52,936 bases of DNA, taken from a virus. Of this stretch, positions 1-8,724 are shown in pieces (position 1 is the stretch's first letter; each line of letters opens with the position of its first letter). The position numbers and the translations under genes are program-made. The stretch lies in IMG/VR virus record IMGVR_UViG_3300045988_058324; one strand, 5' to 3'. Under the pieces are notes generated by a model. That model ran no database searches. It was not told where the DNA came from and saw only the letters and a list, made by a program, of their open reading frames with translations.

Positions 1-99
1 ATTTTTTTTTGAAAAAACACTTGCATTTTTGTTGTATATGTATTACAATACAATCATAAGATAAAAAACAAAGAAAGTTGAGGTAAATACTATGACAAA
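1..99. repeat. Terminal duplicate of 52838..52936 (wrap-around or terminal redundancy of a circular or circularly permuted genome)
   Basis: Bases 1-99 (A, T x9, GAAAAAACACTTGCA ... ATGACAAA) read identically at 52838-52936, giving a unit length of 52837 bp. Confidence 0.9.
21..49 (+). promoter_or_regulatory. Sigma-70-type promoter (conserved cassette, subfamily i)
   Basis: TTGCAT (21-26), 17-bp spacer, TACAAT (44-49). Shares the core TGTATATGTATTACAATACA with the cassettes at 2167 and 24776. Confidence 0.6.
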
Positions 100-394
100 G
101 GAACAAATTTTAAAGATAATTAATAAGGAAAATGAAAACAGTGAAATCAAATGGGAAGTAGTAAAAAATACTCGTAGCCTTATCGTGATTACAAATAATT
201 ATGATAAAGATATTGAATTTAAAATCGAAGTATCAACCAAAAATAATATTATAATAACAGATGTTAATGGTTGGATTCATAACATTGGAGTTTTATTATA
301 TGGCACAGATAGATGGAGTGATTTCTCAGAGATGGAATGTGGATTAAGAAAAGCTATTAAATTAGTAGTTGAACATTTCTACTACTATTATTAG
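92..394 (+). CDS. Hypothetical early protein (100 aa)
   Basis: ORF track. GAGG about 9 nt upstream of the ATG. First gene after a conserved promoter. No recognisable motif. Confidence 0.6.
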   Translation: MTKEQILKIINKENENSEIKWEVVKNTRSLIVITNNYDKDIEFKIEVSTKNNIIITDVNGWIHNIGVLLYGTDRWSDFSEMECGLRKAIKLVVEHFYYYY

Positions 395-400
395 AATAAT

Positions 401-428
401 TTACTCCTGGACGTTTGTCCAGGAGTAA
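401..428 (+). promoter_or_regulatory. Perfect 12-bp stem-loop without U-tract (possible processing or stability element, or weak attenuator)
   Basis: TTACTCCTGGAC-GTTT-GTCCAGGAGTAA sits between the stop at 394 and the RBS of the next gene. It is followed by GGATTAAGGAGG, not a T-run. Confidence 0.45.
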
Positions 429-446
429 GGATTAAGGAGGATTAAA

Positions 447-2162
447 ATGATTGATATAAAAATAGATTCACCAGACAAATTGAAAGATAATATATTAGTC
501 ACCAAGAGTGCTTTTGTATCTTTTCCTTATAATGGGATGATTATAAATTATATTAAATCCTTAGGGATTAGGGTTTATCATCCTGATACAAGAGTATGGG
601 AGATACCTGTGACAAGTATTATAGGATTATGCAATAAATTCGAAAATGAAGAAATTCATATATCTGGTGTATATGAAGATTTAAGGAAAGAGCAATTTGA
701 GCTGGATATACCTAAGGATTATATCTTTAAAACAAAACCTTTTCCACATCAGCTTGATGGTGTTAGGTTTGGGCTAAATAAAAAAAGATTTTTGCTATGT
801 GACGACCAAGGATTAGGAAAAACAAAGCAAATTATAGATTTAGTAGGCTGTTTAGAAAAAACAGAAAATATTAATAAAGTCCTTATTATATGTGGAGTTA
901 ATTCCTTAAAGTATAACTGGCAATCTGAAATTGAAACACATTCAGACGAAAAAGGATGGGTTCTTGGAACAAGATATAGAAAAAGAACTGGAAAAGCCTA
1001 TGAGGGAACTAATAAGGATAAATTAGATGATTTGAATAATTTGCCTGATTGCAGGTATTTAATTACTAATATTGAGACCTTGAGGGCAATGGCGGAAAAA
1101 GTTAGTAAAACTAAATATAAATTCCCTATTGCAGAAAAATTAAAAGAATTATGTGATAAAGGAATAATATCTATGATAGCCTTCGATGAATGTCATAAAT
1201 CCAAAGAACCAACATCACTACAGAGCCGAGCAATGATAAATGTAACAGCAGATTATATGGTGGCAATGAGTGGAACACCACTTATGAATAAACCTTTGGA
1301 TTTATATTTCCCTCTACATTGGTTAGGATATGAAACACATAGCTTCTACCAATTCAAGCAACACTACTGCACATTAGGTGGCTGGGGTGGTTCTGAAATC
1401 GTTGGTTACAAGAACCTTGAGGAAATAAGAGCTTTAATGAGTGAAGTAATGCTAAGGAGATTAAAGACTGAGGTTTTAGACTTACCTGAAAAAATTAGAA
1501 AGATTGAATATGTAGATATGACACCAAAACAAGCTCAAATATATCGAGAAGTCTATAGTGGTGTTATGAGTGAATTGCAACAAATTAAATTTGCTAATAA
1601 CCCTCTATCTATGATGATTAGATTAAGACAAGCCACTGGGTGGACAGGTATTTTATCCGATACAGTACAAGAATCAGCCAAGATGGACAGAATGTTACAG
1701 TTAGTGGAAGAAATCACATCAAGTGGACAGAAAGTTATCATATTCTCTAACTGGGAATCTATGACATCAGTAGCAAAGCAAAAATTATCTGATTATAACC
1801 CAGCTTATATCACAGGTGGTATCAAGACAGATGATAGAATGAATGAGGTCACTAGATTCCAGACTGATGAAAATTGTAAGATTATAATTGGAACAATAGG
1901 AGCTATGGGTACAGGTTTAACTCTTACAGCTGCACAGAATGTTATATTCCTTGATAGCCCTTGGAATATGGCATTAAAAGCACAGGCAGAAGATAGAGCC
2001 CATAGAATAGGAACGCAGGGAACAGTTAATGTTATAACACTGGTATGTAAGAATACCATAGATGAACGAATAGAAGACCTAGTGGAAAAGAAAGGTCATA
2101 TGGCAGAAGCTCTAGTGGATGGAAAAATATCTGTGGATGATATTAACTTCCTGCTTTCATAG
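447..2162 (+). CDS. SNF2/SWI2-family DNA helicase/translocase
   Basis: Motif I DDQGLGKT, motif II FDECH, motif III SGTP, and C-terminal helicase motifs LTLTAAQNVIFLDSPWN and QAEDRAHRIG. Strong AAGGAGG RBS. Confidence 0.9.
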   Translation: MIDIKIDSPDKLKDNILVTKSAFVSFPYNGMIINYIKSLGIRVYHPDTRVWEIPVTSIIGLCNKFENEEIHISGVYEDLRKEQFELDIPKDYIFKTKPFPHQLDGVRFGLNKKRFLLCDDQGLGKTKQIIDLVGCLEKTENINKVLIICGVNSLKYNWQSEIETHSDEKGWVLGTRYRKRTGKAYEGTNKDKLDDLNNLPDCRYLITNIETLRAMAEKVSKTKYKFPIAEKLKELCDKGIISMIAFDECHKSKEPTSLQSRAMINVTADYMVAMSGTPLMNKPLDLYFPLHWLGYETHSFYQFKQHYCTLGGWGGSEIVGYKNLEEIRALMSEVMLRRLKTEVLDLPEKIRKIEYVDMTPKQAQIYREVYSGVMSELQQIKFANNPLSMMIRLRQATGWTGILSDTVQESAKMDRMLQLVEEITSSGQKVIIFSNWESMTSVAKQKLSDYNPAYITGGIKTDDRMNEVTRFQTDENCKIIIGTIGAMGTGLTLTAAQNVIFLDSPWNMALKAQAEDRAHRIGTQGTVNVITLVCKNTIDERIEDLVEKKGHMAEALVDGKISVDDINFLLS

Positions 2163-2166
2163 ATAC

Positions 2167-2195
2167 TTTACAATTTTATGTATATGTAGTACAAT
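2167..2195 (+). promoter_or_regulatory. Sigma-70-type promoter (conserved cassette, subfamily i)
   Basis: TTTACA (2167-2172), 17-bp spacer, TACAAT (2190-2195). Core TGTATATGTAGTACAATACA. Confidence 0.55.
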
Positions 2196-2226
2196 ACACA
2201 ATAAATAAGAAAGGAGGTGATGTAAC

Positions 2227-2532
2227 GTGCAGGAACGTTTTTCAACTGCTAGAGCAGCACAGATTATAGATGTTTCCACCAAGACCCTCAAAATGTGGTA
2301 TAAATGGTGGGAAGATGAAAACTATGAAAAACCAGCTGGATTAAGTCTTCCAGAGTATACCACAGATGGGAGAGGAACAAGATTTTTTACTTATGAAGCT
2401 GTGCAGTCTCTTGAAGTATTCAAACAAGCAATTCGTAATGAATATAAAGGTTGTATGGCGGAGTTTAATGCTATCAATAGCTGGGGACAACGTGGAACAA
2501 GAATTTTAGGAAAGAAAAAGGAGGACAAATAA
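2227..2532 (+). CDS. Putative helix-turn-helix DNA-binding protein (MerR/excisionase-like N-terminus)
   Basis: GTG start 9 nt after AGGAGG. N-terminal FSTARAAQIIDVSTKTLKMWYKWW resembles a MerR-type HTH. Confidence 0.5.
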   Translation: MQERFSTARAAQIIDVSTKTLKMWYKWWEDENYEKPAGLSLPEYTTDGRGTRFFTYEAVQSLEVFKQAIRNEYKGCMAEFNAINSWGQRGTRILGKKKEDK

Positions 2533-2533
2533 A

Positions 2534-2944
2534 ATGAGCAGACGTAATGGAACAAGTCCATCAATATTGGAACAGCTGATTGACCATTATAAGGAAGGTA
2601 AAGACCAAGAAAATGCCTTAAAGAAATCCAATAATGTTCTGAATGAAAATATTAAGTCTTATATGCAGGAGCACAACCTTAATAATGCGTCATCAGATAA
2701 ATATACTGCTTCTTTATCTATAACAAATAAAGAATCCTTGAATGAAGATTTAGCCATTGAAATTATTAAATCTAAATTAGGAGGACCTTTACTTGCTACA
2801 GTAATTAAGCAGAAAGAGTATATTGATGAAGATGCTTTGGAAAAATTAATCTATAATGGAGATTTTGACCCTAACGATTTAGTTAAGGCTAAAATAGTTA
2901 AATCCATAACTACATTAAGAATATCAAAAAGAAAGGATGTGTAG
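2534..2944 (+). CDS. Hypothetical protein (136 aa)
   Basis: ORF track, tightly packed after the upstream stop, with an AGGAGG-like RBS inside the upstream gene end. Confidence 0.6.
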   Translation: MSRRNGTSPSILEQLIDHYKEGKDQENALKKSNNVLNENIKSYMQEHNLNNASSDKYTASLSITNKESLNEDLAIEIIKSKLGGPLLATVIKQKEYIDEDALEKLIYNGDFDPNDLVKAKIVKSITTLRISKRKDV

Positions 2945-2947
2945 AAT

Positions 2948-3184
2948 ATGAACTGTCCAAAATGCGGTTCAAATGATGTGAAAATCAGTCTAACTGCTAA
3001 TAAAGGCAAAACGAAAACTCATAAGAATAACATATTCTATCTATTAATTAGATGGACGTTAGTCTTATGCACCTGTGGATTATGGCTTTTAGTGCCGAAA
3101 AGAAAATCCACATCAAAAACTAAATATATCAAGAAGAAGACCGCTATATGTCAGCAATGCGGATATAGCTGGAATGTTAAATAA
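2948..3184 (+). CDS. Zinc-ribbon membrane protein
   Basis: CPKCGS near the N-terminus and CQQCGY near the C-terminus flank a hydrophobic segment IFYLLIRWTLVLCTCGLWLLV. Confidence 0.6.
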   Translation: MNCPKCGSNDVKISLTANKGKTKTHKNNIFYLLIRWTLVLCTCGLWLLVPKRKSTSKTKYIKKKTAICQQCGYSWNVK

Positions 3185-3197
3185 GGAGGAATTAAAA

Positions 3198-3797
3198 ATG
3201 TTAAAATGTAAGTGGGCAGGAGATGTCAATGATGAATATTGTAAAGGATGCGATGGTATCCAGATGGAAATGGAAGGTAATGTCATAAGTTGTGAGAAAT
3301 GTGCAGGATATGAAGCTGGAACAGAATCAGTGCAGGTAGAAAAAACTGAACCAGATACAGAACCAACAGAAGATGATAAAAACGACGTTGCAGAAGGAGC
3401 AATGAATCCACCAGAAGAAGAGGTACCCGCAAGACCTACAACAGAAACTAAAAAACCAACTCAAAACAAGAAGAAAGATGAAAAGGTTAGTAAATCTACA
3501 ACAAATACAGAAAAAGCCAAAAATAAGCCAAAATCAAAGTCAGGTACAAAAGTATCAAAGGAAAATAAAGCAACAGAAAAAGAAGTTGAAAAATCTAATG
3601 GTGAAATCAAAGTTGTATCTTTACGTTACACTTCAGGAGCAACAATCAAAAAAGGTGATAACTATTTTAAATTCATTGCTGAGGAAGAATGGGACGTTTC
3701 ACAGATTGACAATGTAGCAGATGCTCGTGAACAGCTGTGGGCTAAATTGAATGCAGAAGTAGATGCACAGATTGAAGAATTAGAAAACATTAAATAA
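3198..3797 (+). CDS. Hypothetical protein with Cys-rich N-terminus and K/E/T/P-rich low-complexity linker
   Basis: ATG 3198 lies 8 nt after AAGGAGG and is preferred to the track start 3174. CKGC...CEKC pairs, then a long charged linker and a globular C-terminal segment. Confidence 0.6.
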   Translation: MLKCKWAGDVNDEYCKGCDGIQMEMEGNVISCEKCAGYEAGTESVQVEKTEPDTEPTEDDKNDVAEGAMNPPEEEVPARPTTETKKPTQNKKKDEKVSKSTTNTEKAKNKPKSKSGTKVSKENKATEKEVEKSNGEIKVVSLRYTSGATIKKGDNYFKFIAEEEWDVSQIDNVADAREQLWAKLNAEVDAQIEELENIK

Positions 3798-3807
3798 AAA
3801 ATTAATG

Positions 3808-3836
3808 TTGTAATTAGATAACAGATATGTTATTAT
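3808..3836 (+). promoter_or_regulatory. Sigma-70-type promoter with extended -10, driving the replication-initiation operon
   Basis: TTGTAA (3808-3813), 17-bp spacer ending in TG, TATTAT (3831-3836). Confidence 0.5.
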
Positions 3837-3841
3837 ATGTG

Positions 3842-3992
3842 GTATAGACAGGTAAGATAATTAAATAAACATATTAGAAAATATAATCCTTGATATAATT
3901 AGGTGTATTCACCCCCGTTATCTTTATGATTTGTTACCTGTCTATACTACAATCATATAGAAGAGTACACCTAATTATATCAAGGATTTTTT
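3842..3992 (+). promoter_or_regulatory. Structured leader (or origin-like element) with two interleaved long inverted repeats, ending in a T-run
   Basis: A 3842-3855 GTATAGACAGGTAA pairs with A' 3934-3947. B 3885-3907 AATCCTTGATATAATTAGGTGTA pairs with B' 3966-3988. Order is A-B-A'-B', and B' runs into T6 (3987-3992). Confidence 0.6.
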
Positions 3993-4013
3993 AACTTTAA
4001 GGAGGAAATACAT

Positions 4014-4787
4014 ATGGCAATCTTTAGAACATTCAAGAATGAGAATTATACAGTAATGAGTAACTATCATTTGAAAGAAAAAAATATGAGCTTAAAGGCT
4101 AAAGGACTTCTATCTATGATGTTATCACTTCCTGATAATTGGGATTATTCACTTGCAGGTCTCATAGCAATATGTAAAGAAAACGAAACAGCAGTTAAGT
4201 CAGCACTTAAAGAATTAAAAGATTTTGGGTATTTAAGAGTGGACAAAATGATGCCTAATGAAACTAAAACAGGACGCATAGAATATGTTTATAATGTGTT
4301 TGAAAAACCACAAAAAAATGAAACACTCAAAGTTGAAAAACAACCACTAGAAAACCAACCTGTTGAAACTCAATATATAGAAAACCAAGTACAATTAAAT
4401 ACTAATAAACAAAATACTAAAGAATTAAATACTAAAAAAATAAAAAATAAAAAAAATTCAAAAAAAGATGCTAAAATCGAGTATATAACTAGAAAATGTC
4501 TTGAATATGATTTAGATGAAAATGTTATAGAATTGGTGTGTACATTCTTTAGTGGACTAATTGATAATGGTAGGCTGGTTACTAATGAAAAAATAGAAGC
4601 GACTTTGAGTGTATTGGCTAAATATAATCAGACCACGCAAATTAACGCCATACAGCTATCTTTAGATAAAGGCTATGTTAATATAGACCCCGCGTGGCTA
4701 AAAGGCGAGAATACGCAAAATTCTAATGGCTACAGGGTATCTATAGATGAGCAGGAACCACAAGTTGACCAGAACTTTGAATTTTAA
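4014..4787 (+). CDS. Replication initiator / replisome organizer (winged-helix N-terminal domain, DnaD-like role)
   Basis: N-terminus FRTFKNENYTVMSNYHLKEKNMSLKAKGLLSMMLSLPDNWDYSLAGL...LKELKDFGYL matches the phage replisome-organizer pattern. It lies upstream of loader, helicase and primase. Confidence 0.65.
   Translation: MAIFRTFKNENYTVMSNYHLKEKNMSLKAKGLLSMMLSLPDNWDYSLAGLIAICKENETAVKSALKELKDFGYLRVDKMMPNETKTGRIEYVYNVFEKPQKNETLKVEKQPLENQPVETQYIENQVQLNTNKQNTKELNTKKIKNKKNSKKDAKIEYITRKCLEYDLDENVIELVCTFFSGLIDNGRLVTNEKIEATLSVLAKYNQTTQINAIQLSLDKGYVNIDPAWLKGENTQNSNGYRVSIDEQEPQVDQNFEF
4332..4466. repeat. Seven consecutive 15-bp tandem units followed by an A-tract inside the initiator gene (candidate in-gene origin)
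   Basis: Units start at 4332, 4347, 4362 and 4377 (core GAAAACCAA), and at 4391, 4406 and 4421 (ending AATACTAA). 4436-4466 is almost pure A/T. Confidence 0.55.
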
Positions 4788-4799
4788 GGAGGAAAATAT

Positions 4800-4916
4800 A
4801 TGAATTTAGAGGATATTGAATTATTGCTACTTGTGTTAGCAATAGGAATTATAGCTGTATTAGATATTTTGATTTTGTTTAAGGAGCGAGGTGACAAAGA
4901 TGAAGATGAACAGTAA
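4800..4916 (+). CDS. Small membrane protein (38 aa), missed by the ORF track
   Basis: ATG 7 nt after AAGGAGG. Sequence is MNLEDIELLLLVLAIGIIAVLDILILFKERGDKDEDEQ, a single TM followed by an acidic tail. Confidence 0.45.
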   Translation: MNLEDIELLLLVLAIGIIAVLDILILFKERGDKDEDEQ

Positions 4917-5238
4917 GGACAATTTAACATATCTCAAGAGTTTAACTCTTGACCATATACCCAACGGAAGAAAGAATGCAGTGAAGTGTAAAGATTTAGC
5001 TTATCGGGTAGGGGTTAGCCCAAGGGTTATAAGAAGATTGGTTCAGTATCTAAGAGACGATGGATACCCTATATGCTCAACTACTTTAGATGGATATTGG
5101 TTGGCAGTGTTACCTGAGGAACTCGATTCTACAATTAAACTATTAGAACATCAGCGAGAAACTATAGATGCTACATTGGAATCCTTGAGGGAGACACGAA
5201 ACTATTTAGGAATGGTGGAAGAAACAGATGAATATTAA
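4900..5238 (+). CDS. Winged-helix HTH protein (HTH_11/DeoR-like)
   Basis: CKDLAYRVGVSPRVIRRLVQYLRDDGYPICS. ATG 4900 is preferred to the GTG at 4891 because of spacing from GAGGTG. Confidence 0.55.
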   Translation: MKMNSKDNLTYLKSLTLDHIPNGRKNAVKCKDLAYRVGVSPRVIRRLVQYLRDDGYPICSTTLDGYWLAVLPEELDSTIKLLEHQRETIDATLESLRETRNYLGMVEETDEY

Positions 5239-5890
5239 TAAGTGTTGGTATAGAAATAAATGTAGAAATAAATGTTCAGAGAGCTGTATTCGTTATAACC
5301 TTGTCTACACCTTATTCCATTTATCAAGAGCCCCTGAAGCGTTATGGGAATATAAGCCTTTATCTTGTGGTGACAAAGACTTAAAAAGTTTTCAAAGGTT
5401 GACTGATATTAGTGATGATATTTTAGAATTTGTTGCAGGCGGAAATAATTTATATCTTTATTCTCACAACTGTGGTAATGGTAAGACAAGCTGGGCAGTG
5501 CGATTAATGTATAGGTATTTTGACGAAATATGGGCAGAGAGTTGTCTTGAATGTAAAGCCTTATATGTGAACGTTCCACATTTCCTTTATTCTTGTAAGC
5601 GTTCTATTTCGCAAAAGGTAGAAGGCTTTGAGGAGCTTTGTAATTTAATTAGTTCCGTAGATTTAGTCATATGGGATGATATTGGTGATAATACAGCGAC
5701 AGGATATGAACATCAAATATTGTTACAATACATAGATGGAAGAATTAATGCTGGAAAGAGTAATATATATACAAGCAATAGAAACTTCAATGAATTGCAG
5801 GATATGTTAGGAGAACGCTTAGCAAGTCGAATCTATAATTGCTCCACGATTATAGAATTAAAAGAAAATGATAAGAGAGGTAAATACTGA
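5228..5890 (+). CDS. DnaC/IstB-like AAA+ helicase loader
   Basis: Walker A NCGNGKTSWA, Walker B DLVIWDDIG, Cys-rich N-terminus. Lies directly upstream of the DnaB-like helicase. Confidence 0.75.
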   Translation: MNINKCWYRNKCRNKCSESCIRYNLVYTLFHLSRAPEALWEYKPLSCGDKDLKSFQRLTDISDDILEFVAGGNNLYLYSHNCGNGKTSWAVRLMYRYFDEIWAESCLECKALYVNVPHFLYSCKRSISQKVEGFEELCNLISSVDLVIWDDIGDNTATGYEHQILLQYIDGRINAGKSNIYTSNRNFNELQDMLGERLASRIYNCSTIIELKENDKRGKY

Positions 5891-6039
5891 TGAGATTTAT
5901 TCATAGATTTAAAACTTGGAATGTGTGGAGAAAACATAATAAAGACCATATATTCACAAAAATTCTTGTATTATTTAACATAATACAATCTCCAACTTTT
6001 GAAATATTTGAAAGAGGTTATGGGAGGGAGTTATGGTAG
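5890..6039 (+). CDS. Possible small ORF (49 aa)
   Basis: ATGA stop/start overlap with the upstream gene. It ends with TAG overlapping the helicase start. No motif, and it could be non-coding. Confidence 0.3.
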   Translation: MRFIHRFKTWNVWRKHNKDHIFTKILVLFNIIQSPTFEIFERGYGRELW

Positions 6040-7307
6040 AATTACAGATATTAAACAGAATACTTGAGAGAAGAAGCACATCTATCCTGCAGGATAATAA
6101 TATTACAGCTGATTATTTTAATCAGTATAGCGAGGAATATGAATACATAGCAGAGCATATAGCGAAGTATGGTAATGTTCCTGACAAGGAGACATTCCTT
6201 TCAGATTTCCCCGAATTTGACATATTGAATGTGAATGAATCTGACGAATATCTCGTTAAGACTTTTCGTGAGGAGCATTTATATTCAAAGTCAGTTCCAA
6301 TAATTACCAAGTTAGCTGAATTATTACAGACGGATTCATATGAAGCTGTGGATTATTTGAAGTCACATATGGACGACTTGAATATAAATACAGATTCTAT
6401 AGGTGTTGATATTATAAAGCACAGTGAAGACCGTTTTAGGGAGTGGCAGGATACTCAAAAGAATAAAGATGTTAAATTTATCCCCAGTGGATTCAAGGAG
6501 ATTGATGATGATTTAGGTGGTTGGCATCGTGGGGAAGAATTAGTAGTGTTATTTGCTAGAACTGGACAAGGAAAATCTTGGGTTATCATTAAGATGCTTG
6601 AACACGCCTGGAAGATGAAGATGCGAGTAGGGTTGGTTGAACCCGAAATGTCAGCAAATAAAACAGGATTTAGATTTGATACAGTACACCAAAACATAAG
6701 TTCACAAGCCTTATACAGGGGTGATGATATACAAGGCTATGATAAGTATATCAATCATTTATCTCAGTCAGATATTCCATTCTATGTTAGTTCCTTACGT
6801 GATTTTGATAATAAAGTCACGGTCAGTAAACTGAAGACTTGGTGTCAAAATAATGAATTGGATATATTAGCTATAGATGGTATTAGTTACATAAAAGATG
6901 AACGTATGCAGCGTGGTGACAATAAAACCACTCAGCTAACCAATATCAGCGAAGACCTGATGCAGTTAAGCATAGATTTAGGAATACCTATATTAGTGGT
7001 TGTTCAGTCCAACAGAGCTGGAACACAGAATGAAGATTTGGAATTGGAGAATATTAGGGATAGTGATGGAATAGCCTATAATGCATCTGTGGTTCTTTCA
7101 ATTCAACAGAAAGAAGTAGGCTTGCAGATACAGAATGTTAAGTCCAGAAATGCAAGAGTAGGACTTAAATGGGTGTATCTATGGGATACAGATAAAGGAA
7201 CTTTCGAATATATCCCACAGCCAGAAAAGGGTGAGCAAGATGAAGAAAAAGCTCAAGAATTAAGAAGACGCTATGCTGATGTCGAGATTCGTGGGGAGGA
7301 ATATTAA
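6033..7307 (+). CDS. dnaB: DnaB-family replicative DNA helicase
   Basis: Walker A ARTGQGKSW, Walker B ILAIDGISY, QSNR motif, N-terminal DnaB-like helical domain, GGGAGGG RBS. Confidence 0.85.
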   Translation: MVELQILNRILERRSTSILQDNNITADYFNQYSEEYEYIAEHIAKYGNVPDKETFLSDFPEFDILNVNESDEYLVKTFREEHLYSKSVPIITKLAELLQTDSYEAVDYLKSHMDDLNINTDSIGVDIIKHSEDRFREWQDTQKNKDVKFIPSGFKEIDDDLGGWHRGEELVVLFARTGQGKSWVIIKMLEHAWKMKMRVGLVEPEMSANKTGFRFDTVHQNISSQALYRGDDIQGYDKYINHLSQSDIPFYVSSLRDFDNKVTVSKLKTWCQNNELDILAIDGISYIKDERMQRGDNKTTQLTNISEDLMQLSIDLGIPILVVVQSNRAGTQNEDLELENIRDSDGIAYNASVVLSIQQKEVGLQIQNVKSRNARVGLKWVYLWDTDKGTFEYIPQPEKGEQDEEKAQELRRRYADVEIRGEEY

Positions 7308-8359
7308 TGTTACGATTAGATGATATAATATTGCAGACAGATACCCAGACTATTCTCAATGTGTTAAAGTCGGAATTAGCTATTCGTGGTATAGATAGAT
7401 TTCATATTTTCAGACCTAATGGGTCTAATATTCAAACGAACTGTCCCTTCCATAAGCAAGGACAGGAAAGGAAACCATCATTTGGTATAAGTGGAGAAAA
7501 AGATAAATGTCACTGCTTCGCTTGTGGATGGAGTGGTTCTATCGAAGAAATGGTATCTGAATTATTTGGATACCAGGATGCAGGAAAGTTTGGAAAAAAT
7601 TGGCTTGTTAAGAGATTCAATTCAGTTGAGATTGAAACAAGACCTAATATATTGGAGGGAATAAATGTTAAGAGAAGTATTTTTGGTTTTAGCACTACTG
7701 GGATATATGCTGATGGAAGTGGCTCTATTCACGATAGTTCCAATAGCTTTAATGTACCTTATAGTTCAAGGACTACATCTAGTTATCTGGATTTCGGAAA
7801 AGATTCGCCATATATTTCGGAAGAAGAATTAGACAAATATAGATATATTCATCCTTATATGTATGAAAGAGGATTAACAGATGAAATTATAGAAAGGTTT
7901 GATATTGGTTATGACAGAGAACGAAAAGAAATTACATTCCCAGTTAGAGACATTGGAGGAAGATGTGTCTTTGTTGCAGGAAGAAGTGTCAAAAGCAAAT
8001 TTTTCAGACTCCCGAAAGAAAAGGATAAACCAGTATATCAAGGATATAGATTTATGTCTGGAGACTATAAGGAAGCGTATATTACAGAATCTTTTTTAAA
8101 TTGTTTGACGTGTTGGAAATATGGAAAGCCTGCTATGGCATTAATTGGAACAGGTAACGAAAAGCAATATAAGATATTGGAGAAACTCCCTGTGAGAACT
8201 TACATTTTAGCATTTGACCCAGACGAAGCAGGACGAAAAGGAACAGAAAGATTTAGAAAAAATGTACACGGAAAAATTATAAAAGAACTTGTATATACAG
8301 ATGAACGAGATATTAATGACCTACAAGAAGAATTTTTAAATTGCAAAATTATTTTTTAA
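7307..8359 (+). CDS. dnaG: DnaG-type DNA primase (CHC2 zinc finger + Toprim)
   Basis: CPFHKQGQERKPSF...CHCFACGWSG zinc finger. Toprim Glu (ITESF) and DPDEAG motif. ATGA-type coupling to the helicase gene. Confidence 0.85.
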   Translation: MLRLDDIILQTDTQTILNVLKSELAIRGIDRFHIFRPNGSNIQTNCPFHKQGQERKPSFGISGEKDKCHCFACGWSGSIEEMVSELFGYQDAGKFGKNWLVKRFNSVEIETRPNILEGINVKRSIFGFSTTGIYADGSGSIHDSSNSFNVPYSSRTTSSYLDFGKDSPYISEEELDKYRYIHPYMYERGLTDEIIERFDIGYDRERKEITFPVRDIGGRCVFVAGRSVKSKFFRLPKEKDKPVYQGYRFMSGDYKEAYITESFLNCLTCWKYGKPAMALIGTGNEKQYKILEKLPVRTYILAFDPDEAGRKGTERFRKNVHGKIIKELVYTDERDINDLQEEFLNCKIIF

Positions 8360-8377
8360 TTTTTTTTAAATTTATTA

Positions 8378-8406
8378 TTTACATATGTATTACAATATGT
8401 TATACT
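8378..8406 (+). promoter_or_regulatory. Sigma-70-type promoter with extended -10 (conserved cassette, subfamily ii)
   Basis: TTTACA, 17 bp ending TGT, TATACT. Preceded by a T/A-rich UP-like tract and followed by the conserved CATAAGTTAAAGAAA. Confidence 0.65.
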
Positions 8407-8464
8407 ATATACATAAGTTAAAGAAATAACAAACAAACACAGAAAGGTTAAAAAGGTGATTAAT

Positions 8465-8686
8465 ATGTCAGTTAAAGAATTAGTAAATAGTTGTTGTAAT
8501 ATGGGTGTAGGACGAATAAGAATTATTAACAAAAATAATTATGAAGATAATGTTTTGTACAATGGAATATCTGAATTGAGTAAAGTAAAACCATTATATA
8601 ATAGAGAAGTTATTAATTGGGAATTTGCACCTAAAAGACAAATAGGTTCTAATGCGTGGGAATTTATTTTGGAAATATTGGTATAA
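8465..8686 (+). CDS. Hypothetical protein (73 aa)
   Basis: ATG 8465 after AAAGGTGA (track start is GTG 8456). First ORF after the cassette promoter. Confidence 0.5.
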   Translation: MSVKELVNSCCNMGVGRIRIINKNNYEDNVLYNGISELSKVKPLYNREVINWEFAPKRQIGSNAWEFILEILV

Positions 8687-8724
8687 AGGAAATTGTGAAG
8701 CGATAACACATAAAACACTAATAT

